DNA from: Formosa sp. Hel1_33_131
GTDB lineage: Bacteria > Bacteroidota > Bacteroidia > Flavobacteriales > Flavobacteriaceae
Direction of reading: 5' to 3'
NCBI GenBank assembly: GCA_949499105.1
Contig: CATEFX010000057.1
Span: forward strand, 13,336 to 77,335
Length of the DNA: 64,000 nt
Under the pieces are notes generated by a model. It did not search any database and was not told where the DNA came from. It was given only the letters and a program-made list of their open reading frames with translations. The number at the start of each line of letters is the position of its first letter. Positions within the stretch are counted from its first letter, which is position 1. This document shows positions 21,406 through 28,628 of the stretch, piece by piece. A program made the position numbers and the translations under genes.

Positions 21406-22089
21406 ATGGATTTTAAAACGTTTTTATTTAAGTGGTCACCAAATCCCATTAAAGTCATTGCGCCAGCTCTTGATTTTAGTGCCTATGTTTCTATGGACTT
21501 ATCGAAAGATAATTCTGCGCTTCAACGCTTTGATCATAGCAGTTCAGAAGCATGGACCCACTATATCAATGCCTACCTTCAAAGTCGAAATAAATCCATT
21601 GCCTATGGGGGGTATTTAGAAGTACGATCGCTCTACACGAGAAGCGACCATTTTAGCACCAAAAGCGCCTCCGATTCACGAAACATCCATTTGGGTGTTG
21701 ACTTGTGGTGTGCTGCTGAAACGCCCGTCCTCGCGGCCTTTGAGGGAGTGGTGCATAGCTTTCAAGACAATACCAATTATGGCGATTATGGCCCGACCAT
21801 TATTCTAAAACATTGCATTGAGACTGTGGAGTTTTACACGCTCTACGGGCATTTAAATAGGTCCTCAATTAAAACTTTACGTAAAAATTACCAAATATCT
21901 AAAGGACAGGTCATTGGGTGGCTCGGAGGTTCGAAAGTAAATGGGGATTACGCGCCGCATTTACACTTTCAAATCATCAAAAATATTGAATCCTATGAAG
22001 GCGATTATCCAGGGGTGTCTTCTCAAAATGATTTAGCATTTTACCGTGCTAATTGTCCCGATCCCAATTTGATTTTAAAGTTGTATTAG
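21406..22089 (+). CDS. Peptidoglycan DD-metalloendopeptidase, M23 family
   Basis: HLGVD, LYGHL, PHLHFQ. Confidence 0.88.
   Translation: MDFKTFLFKWSPNPIKVIAPALDFSAYVSMDLSKDNSALQRFDHSSSEAWTHYINAYLQSRNKSIAYGGYLEVRSLYTRSDHFSTKSASDSRNIHLGVDLWCAAETPVLAAFEGVVHSFQDNTNYGDYGPTIILKHCIETVEFYTLYGHLNRSSIKTLRKNYQISKGQVIGWLGGSKVNGDYAPHLHFQIIKNIESYEGDYPGVSSQNDLAFYRANCPDPNLILKLY
22030..22089 (+). repeat. Copy 1 of 60-bp direct repeat (3' end of M23 gene)
   Basis: gatttagcattttaccgtgc...aagttgtattag; 53/60 identical to 22607-22666. Confidence 0.9.
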
Positions 22090-22550
22090 CAACAATTTCC
22101 GCCCGGAGTACACTGTGTTTCTGCATTCAAATCCGAGAGTTTGACTTTTGGTTTTTCTGGAATTCCACAGTTATCTTTTGCTAAACAATCGGTTTGTTGG
22201 GTGATGAGTAAAAAGTGTTTTCCATCAAAATCAAGTCCAAATTTACCAATGGTCTCTGCTTGATATTCGACTTCAATCTCTAAGTCTTCGATGTTTAAGA
22301 TTTTTTCAGAAAGCGCAATAATACTCAATAGTTTTCCTGGGTGCAATCGGTGGTCATAGTCGTCTGAATCCCACAGTTGAAAATTGACTTTGGTCTCGTT
22401 TCGGACGGTACCACCACAATCGATGAATTGTTTGTTTATTTTTCCAACTTCCGTCACATGAAAGTGCGTAGGTACCAACGTTCCATTGGGCAATTGAAAC
22501 CCAATGGTTTCTGAATTTTTTAACACGTGTTTGATTTCTGATAATTTCAT
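22086..22550 (-). CDS. DUF6428 family protein (Cys-rich tail; commonly in arsenic-resistance operons)
   Basis: HFHVTEVG, FIDCGG, FQLW, EIEVEYQ, CLAKDNCG...CTPGGNCC; own TATCTTTG promoter motif (+ strand 22573-22580). Confidence 0.8.
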   Translation of the reverse strand: MKLSEIKHVLKNSETIGFQLPNGTLVPTHFHVTEVGKINKQFIDCGGTVRNETKVNFQLWDSDDYDHRLHPGKLLSIIALSEKILNIEDLEIEVEYQAETIGKFGLDFDGKHFLLITQQTDCLAKDNCGIPEKPKVKLSDLNAETQCTPGGNCC

Positions 22551-22606
22551 AGGGCAGTTATTGAGTTGAATACAAAGATAGTTTTTTTGATTTTATTGGA
22601 TGCTTT

Positions 22607-22666
22607 GATTTAGCATTTTACCGTGCAAATTGCCCCGATCCCGATTTGGTTTTGAAGTTGTGTTAA
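22607..22666 (+). repeat. Copy 2 of 60-bp direct repeat (orphan M23 3' end)
   Basis: Translates DLAFYRANCPDPDLVLKLC* versus DLAFYRANCPDPNLILKLY*. Confidence 0.9.
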
Positions 22667-22693
22667 GGGAGAAAAATAGATTTTCCATATTAT

Positions 22694-22824
22694 GTATAAC
22701 GTTTTGTATAAGATTAGTTGCGTGTTTTAAGCACTAAAGTTAGCAAATAAAACACAGATAAAAAGTCCGCGAGGACTTTCGTAAATAGGCTAAAACCAGC
22801 AATTAATTTTATACGGTGTTGGCA
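22694..22824 (-). repeat. attC-like 131-bp imperfect palindrome
   Basis: Minus strand TGCCAAC-acc-GTATAA...TTATAC-aaaac-GTTATAC with central AAAGTCC-TCGC-GGACTTT hairpin. Confidence 0.7.
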
Positions 22825-23477
22825 TTAGTTTTTTTATTCAGTTTAACAATTAAAATCCAAAATAATGAATGTATTAAAAAATTCAAAATGTAATTCCAAA
22901 TCGGATTATCATAAATTAAAGGTATTTGGTATGAAATCCAAGTTACAAAAATTCCAATTGCTCCAATCATTATCAATGAAGCAAACCAGCCTAATATTCC
23001 ACTTGCTGTTCGGCTATCTTTTCCATATAAAGGAAGAAAAAGTAAAACAGGCAAGATTAAAGCAAATAGGTAATTCGATGAAAACGCCATCCAAAAAACA
23101 GAACGTATGGGTTTTATCGTAGTTTTAGTTTCATTATTGACTTGGTTTTCGTTTTGGTCTTTATTGTCAGATTTAAAAGATATGTTTGATAAATTTCGAG
23201 ATAAAAATTCAGTATAATGTTCCTTATTCAGAACTTTGTTTTCAAGTCGAATAATTTTATTCAATTTTAAGGAATCGGTTTCATAGTTCTTTTTAATATT
23301 CTGAATTTTTTCTATTTGATTTATCTTATTATTAGTGTGAAGATTATAACTAAAATTCAAAACTAAATCTGTCAAAATTAAGAACCCTATAATTGAAATC
23401 CCTGAAGCAGTTCTAAATCCCCAAGATTTTGAATTATCAAATAATAAATTAAAAAAATGCTTAATGGATTCTATCAT
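22809..23477 (-). CDS. Hypothetical membrane protein (cassette-borne)
   Basis: 222-aa very AT-rich ORF with about 4 TM segments; C-terminus (ANTV*) runs into the attC-like site. Confidence 0.75.
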   Translation of the reverse strand: MIESIKHFFNLLFDNSKSWGFRTASGISIIGFLILTDLVLNFSYNLHTNNKINQIEKIQNIKKNYETDSLKLNKIIRLENKVLNKEHYTEFLSRNLSNISFKSDNKDQNENQVNNETKTTIKPIRSVFWMAFSSNYLFALILPVLLFLPLYGKDSRTASGILGWFASLIMIGAIGIFVTWISYQIPLIYDNPIWNYILNFLIHSLFWILIVKLNKKTNANTV

Positions 23478-23666
23478 TATGGTTGTTCAGTCAAATTAAT
23501 GCCAACTCGTTATATATCAACAAAAGGGTGTGTTAACGGATATATATTCCGGGATAACACAATGTTTTAGTTGTTATTATATGTAACTGATTTCAGTGCA
23601 AACATCTAGCTTACTCCCCAAATCAATAATTCAAATAAAAAAATCGCTTACATTCGGTCAAGCTAC

Positions 23667-23932
23667 TTATGAAGAATCAGATTTGGGATCTAAGACTTAT
23701 ATAAAAGTAAAAAATAATCACGGATAACCAAATATATACTTGATTATTAACCCTTTAGTTTTGCAAGTTATGAGGATCTAATACGCTCGCAGTCTACACC
23801 GGCTGTAGCTGTCCTAAAATGTATTTTTCTTTCATCTAGATTAAAGCAACTCTTCTTTCATTTTAGGGCTATTTCACTTATTGAGCTGTTCATTTTTTAT
23901 TTTTGCGAAGTCAGGAGACTTCGCAGAGCGGG
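23667..23932. repeat. 266-bp direct repeat, copy A (promoter-like segment plus REP/MITE-like hairpin element)
   Basis: About 6 mismatches to 30386-30651. Confidence 0.95.
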
Positions 23933-23974
23933 TTCCTTTTTCCGTAAACTAGCTAGCGTTGGCTATTCATTCGT

Positions 23975-26830
23975 TTAATTTCCAGTTATTCCGTTTATAA
24001 ATGTCTCAACAAATTCAACAATCTGTTTTAATATTTTATCTCCTAATTCTTTACGTTTTAATACAGACGGTTTTTTGCCTATTATTAAATCCAACACTTC
24101 ATCTCGCAATGGTTCACGTTCTGCATACAAATAGTTTTCAATCAGTTTTTGTGTTTTCTCTTCCGATAGATTCTCTTGTGTCGTTAGTTTCTTAAACGCT
24201 TTATTTTGCGCTTCATTCCAAAATACATCAAATGCTTGTGGAATATCTTCTGTATTTTCGATGCGAGGGATATACTCTTTAATAAACTTTTGAATTAACT
24301 CTCTTTTACTTCTTAGATTTACTTCTGTATTCAGTAAGTTTGAAATTTCTTGTTCTGTTTTGGTGACGTCTTTTTGAGTATCCGATTTTAGTTTAATTAA
24401 TAATTTAATGATGTAATTTACATTGATTTCGTCTCGGTGAATTAATTCCAATTCAAAATCTACATCTTCTAATATCGAAACCTTTTCTTTTTCGGTATCG
24501 CTTTTTACTTTTTGCCACAAATCTAAATACTTGCTTTTGTAATCTTCAAAAAGTTGCTCGTCCATGGCTAAATCTTCCCACTCAAAATCTGAAAACGCAT
24601 TTAGAATGTTCCGAACACGCATTAATTGACGAAAAGCCTTGATGAATTCCAATTCATCATCTTCAGAAACTAAATCGTTTACACTCTCTACGTCTGCTGT
24701 GATTTTAATTAATTCGTCATAGGAATCATTAAATTTTTCTACATAATCATCATACGGTTTCATAATGATTACTTCAATGGCTTCTTTATTACTAAACAAG
24801 GTTATGGCTTCATCGGTTGCCTTTTTTAGGTTTCTAAACACCACAATATTTCCTTGCGATTTTTGTTCGTTTAGTATTCTATTGGTTCTTGAATAGGCTT
24901 GAATTAAACCGTGATATTTTAGATTTTTATCTACGTACAACGTATTTAATGGCGGACTGTCAAAACCTGTTAAAAACATATTGACGACCAATAAAATATC
25001 AACTTTTCGTTCTTTTACTTTCTTTGATATATCATTGTAATAATTGTAAAACGACTGACTGTCTTTGGTAGAAAACTTAGTGCCAAACATGGTGTTATAG
25101 TCCACAATATAGTCGTCTAATTTTTCTCTACTGTGTACATTCATTCCGTACAAAGCAGGCGATTCTTCGACGACTGATACTTCTTCTGGAATAAACCCAT
25201 TGGCATCTGCATCTTCTTCATTGGCTACATAACTAAAAATGGTGGCAATTTTTAAATTGTGTTTACCTTCTTCTTTTTTCTTCTGAAATAAATCGTAATA
25301 CTTTATCAGGTTTTTCACACCACTTACTGTAAACATCCCTGTAAATTCTTTTTGGTGCGTCTTTCGGTGATGATTGGCAATAATGTAATCGGTAATTTTT
25401 TCTAAACGTGCTTCACTATCCATTAACTCTCTGGTGTCAATGTCTTCTACTTCAATATCTATTTCGGTTGCGGACGCGGAACGTTTATATTTTCCGACAT
25501 ATTCTATAGAAAATTTGAGTACGTTTTCATCTTTTATCGCATCTGTAATGACGTATTTGTGTAAACACTCGCCAAATAGTTCTTTTGTAGTTCGTTTCCC
25601 TAATTCGTTTTTTACCGCATTGTCTTTAAAAATAGGGGTTCCTGTAAAACCAAATAGTTGGTTGTTTTGAAAAAAGGCTTTGATTCTGTTGTGTGTTTCT
25701 CCAAATTGCGAACGGTGACATTCATCAAAAATGAATACTAATCTGTCTGTGCGACTCGCCTCCATTTTAGATAAATACTTGGCTTTGCTTATGGCCGTAT
25801 TTAGTTTTTGAATGGTAGTAACAATTAGTTTTGTATCGTCTCCAAATTGCTTAACTAAGGATTTTGTATTGTCTGTACCATCAATACAACCTTTGCTAAA
25901 ACTGTTAAACTCTTTAGTGGTTTGGTAATCTAAATCTTTTCTATCGACCACAAAAACCACTTTTTTAATCTGTGGCATATTCATTATGATCTGACTTGCC
26001 TTAAAAGAAGTTAGGGTTTTACCCGACCCCGTAGTGTGCCAAATATAGGCGTTGTTATTTGAGTTTTCTACTTGATTTACAAGGGTTTCTACGGCATAAA
26101 ATTGATACGGTCTAAGTACCATTAAAATTTTATGGGTTTCATTGAGTACACTATACTTACTTATCATTTTTGAAATATGACAAGGCTCTAAAAAATCACC
26201 AGTAAAACCGTTTAAAATATTGGTTTGACGTTTGTTTTCTTTATCCGTCCAATAGAATGTTTGTTTGAAAGATTGGTGTCGGTTATTGGCATAATACTTT
26301 GTATTTACACCATTGCTGATAACGAATATTTGCACGTATTGAAACAAAGCCGATTTTGCACCAAACGAATGCCTTTGATAGCGGTTTATTTGATTAAAGG
26401 CTTCCTTCATTTCCAGACCTCTACGCTTTAGTTCTATTTGCACCAATGGCAAACCATTCATAAGCAAAGTAACGTCATAACGGTTTTTGTAACTCCCTTC
26501 CATAGTCACTTGGTGTGTGACTTGAAATTGGTTTTGACACCAAAAAGCGGTATTAAAGAACTCAAAATACAGGTTGTCGCCATTATCGCGTTCTATATGT
26601 TGTTTTGCTCGTAGTGTTTTGGCTTTTTCAAAAACAGAACCTTTGCTCAATATATTTAAAACACGCGCAAATTCGTTTTTAGAAAACGTAATACTATTGT
26701 GCTTTTCTAACTGCGTTTTTAGATTGGCAACCAAAGCGTTTTCGTCTTTAATGATGACTTTTTCGTACTTCAACTTTTGCAGTTGAGCCACCAATTGGTT
26801 TTCTAATACTTGTTCGGGTTGTGTGCTCAT
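23975..26830 (-). CDS. hsdR: Type I restriction endonuclease subunit R
   Basis: DVTLLMNGLPLVQIELK nuclease motif, HTTGSGKT, DECHRS, FTGTP, MFLTGFD, QAYSRTNR; likely start ATG 26830. Confidence 0.95.
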   Translation of the reverse strand: MSTQPEQVLENQLVAQLQKLKYEKVIIKDENALVANLKTQLEKHNSITFSKNEFARVLNILSKGSVFEKAKTLRAKQHIERDNGDNLYFEFFNTAFWCQNQFQVTHQVTMEGSYKNRYDVTLLMNGLPLVQIELKRRGLEMKEAFNQINRYQRHSFGAKSALFQYVQIFVISNGVNTKYYANNRHQSFKQTFYWTDKENKRQTNILNGFTGDFLEPCHISKMISKYSVLNETHKILMVLRPYQFYAVETLVNQVENSNNNAYIWHTTGSGKTLTSFKASQIIMNMPQIKKVVFVVDRKDLDYQTTKEFNSFSKGCIDGTDNTKSLVKQFGDDTKLIVTTIQKLNTAISKAKYLSKMEASRTDRLVFIFDECHRSQFGETHNRIKAFFQNNQLFGFTGTPIFKDNAVKNELGKRTTKELFGECLHKYVITDAIKDENVLKFSIEYVGKYKRSASATEIDIEVEDIDTRELMDSEARLEKITDYIIANHHRKTHQKEFTGMFTVSGVKNLIKYYDLFQKKKEEGKHNLKIATIFSYVANEEDADANGFIPEEVSVVEESPALYGMNVHSREKLDDYIVDYNTMFGTKFSTKDSQSFYNYYNDISKKVKERKVDILLVVNMFLTGFDSPPLNTLYVDKNLKYHGLIQAYSRTNRILNEQKSQGNIVVFRNLKKATDEAITLFSNKEAIEVIIMKPYDDYVEKFNDSYDELIKITADVESVNDLVSEDDELEFIKAFRQLMRVRNILNAFSDFEWEDLAMDEQLFEDYKSKYLDLWQKVKSDTEKEKVSILEDVDFELELIHRDEINVNYIIKLLIKLKSDTQKDVTKTEQEISNLLNTEVNLRSKRELIQKFIKEYIPRIENTEDIPQAFDVFWNEAQNKAFKKLTTQENLSEEKTQKLIENYLYAEREPLRDEVLDLIIGKKPSVLKRKELGDKILKQIVEFVETFINGITGN

Positions 26831-26834
26831 TTTT

Positions 26835-27149
26835 TTAGTCATTGCGAGGAACGAAGCAATCTGCTACCTGTTTAGTTAAGTCATTCCAGTTGGGGTTTAA
26901 TCCATTAATTAATGCAATTTTTGTGGCTCTGTTACCTCCTTTTAGTTGTTTTTCTCTACCAATTGCATCGCCTATCATTTGAAAGGCTTCATAATAGACT
27001 AGTTTGTTAAGATTGTATTTTGCCGTAAAAGACTTCGGGTTTATTTTGTCTTTATGCTGTTGTATGCGTTTCACAATGTTTGCAGTAACACCAATGTATA
27101 AAGTGGTATTGTTTTTATTGGTTAGTATGTATATAAATCCTGGTTTCAT
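26835..27149 (-). CDS. Small stand-alone GIY-YIG nuclease (YhbQ/UPF0213-like)
   Basis: GFIYIL...LYIGVT..KRIQQHK..FTAKY..LVYYE..AIGREKQLK..NPNWNDL. Confidence 0.92.
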   Translation of the reverse strand: MKPGFIYILTNKNNTTLYIGVTANIVKRIQQHKDKINPKSFTAKYNLNKLVYYEAFQMIGDAIGREKQLKGGNRATKIALINGLNPNWNDLTKQVADCFVPRND

Positions 27150-27399
27150 TTTTTTCTGTTATTGCGAGGTGTTACTCGTCGTCATTGCGAAACTTCTTGC
27201 TATTGCGAGGTGTTACTTTTCGTCATTGCGAGGCCTTACTTTTTCGTCACTGCGAGGCTTTACTTTTCGTCATTGCGAGGCTTTGCTTTTCGTCATTGCG
27301 AGGCCTTACCTTTCGTCATTGCGAGGCACGAAGCAATCTGTTTAATAATTCCTGTTTATTTAAACAGATTGCCGCGTTCGTGCCTCTCTCGCAATGACG
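26838..27399. mobile_element. Putative REP-bounded GIY-YIG element
   Basis: Inverted ends GTCATTGCGAG / CTCGCAATGAC, flanked by TTA at 26835-26837 and 27400-27402, located exactly between hsdS stop and hsdR start. Confidence 0.65.
27158..27399 (+). repeat. Tandem array of 8 GTCATTGCGAGG-core units (about 23 bp) ending in a full REP-like hairpin
   Basis: Units start at 27158, 27181, 27199, 27222, 27246, 27269, 27292 and 27315; the last pairs with 27360-27398. Confidence 0.92.
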
Positions 27400-28628
27400 T
27401 TACACAAACATTTTTTGTAACACCCCTTTTTTATAGGTTTTGGTCCTTTCTATTTGTTTGTTTATCGTATTTATTTTGTTATCTATTTTTGATAGGAAAT
27501 CAGCGATTTTGGTTTGTTCTTTTATACTTGGAAAATTTACTTTAATATCTTTAATTATTTTTAGGTTTAAACCACCTCTTCCTCCATCTCCAGTAGACAT
27601 TCTTCTTATTTCTTCATATCTCATATCGAGATTGAAATATAAAAACATTGAATAATAAGTTTCTGGATTTGGCATAATTGAACCTATTGATTGATTAGTA
27701 CAAAGTTCAACTTTATTAATAGCTATTGTACCTCTTGTTTTTCCTTGACCAGCAAGACCTATTAAAATACAATTGATTGGTAGTAATTTGGCACTTGACT
27801 TTTTTAACCCTAATTCTGTTATTCTATTTTCAACTTCTGAAACCATTTTCAAATTGAGTTCCCCTGAATTCATCCAACGAATTTTTCCATTCCAATAATC
27901 CTTTCTTAGTGTGCTTGGTGTACCTCCTGCGGTTATTTTGGTAACTTCCCCCAATTTCTTCTCTTCCCACTCAGGAAAACCATTTTTATTATCATCTTTA
28001 AACCGTAGTTGTTGGCTAAAGATTTGTTGCATAATTCCTTTTTTGTATTGCTCTAAACCGTTTAGTTTTTCTTGTAATTGGTTTAGTTTTTGGTCTACAA
28101 TGCTAAAGAAATGGGCTATTTTTTTTGTTCTGGTAGAGTTGGGAAGGGGAGTTTGATTTTTGAAATATTGTCAAAAAATAAATATTGTCTTACTCCACCT
28201 TCTTGAAACCTTAAGACAGAAGTTTTAAAACTATTGGTTTCTAAAAAAGCTAATAAAAAAGAGTCGTCAATTATATCATCCGTTTGAAAGCAAACATAAA
28301 GCGAACTAATTAAAATATTTGATAAGTTGTCGCTATATCCAATAGAACCTACATTTATTCTTGCAGGATTATAAGCAAAAGTATTAGGTTGAATGATTTT
28401 ATAAATACTTATATCAAAACCTCTATCATTACTATTAACACCATCAAATTGCTCCGATTGTGGAAGGAAACCTTCTTTGTTATTAATTGAATAGACAGGT
28501 AGGTTTAAATTTTCTTTATTCTTCTTGTCAGTTTTTTTAATATGTTTCCCTAACTGCTCATTTATCCAATCGGCTTTAAACTCTGGAAAGCGAACCAATG
28601 GGATCTTGTTTTTTAGCTTGTCCATCAT
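27400..28628 (-). pseudogene. hsdS: Type I R-M specificity subunit, split by -1 frameshift in an A8 tract (28119-28126)
   Basis: ORFs 28116..28628 (TRD1, ends PEQKK*) and 27400..28032 (TRD2 plus C-terminal helix); one extra A restores PEQKKIAHFFSIVDQKL...YKKGIMQQIF. Confidence 0.9.

Noticed and set aside
27158-27340. Repeat array as a CRISPR array
   Set aside because: The repeat core is only 12 nt, the ~11-nt linkers are near-copies of each other rather than unique spacers, and no cas genes are in the window.
27004-27545. Plus-strand ORFs 27004..27345, 27162..27545 and 27185..27397 (RHCEA/SSLRG/VIAR repeats)
   Set aside because: These are translations of the REP array in three frames, overlapping real minus-strand genes.
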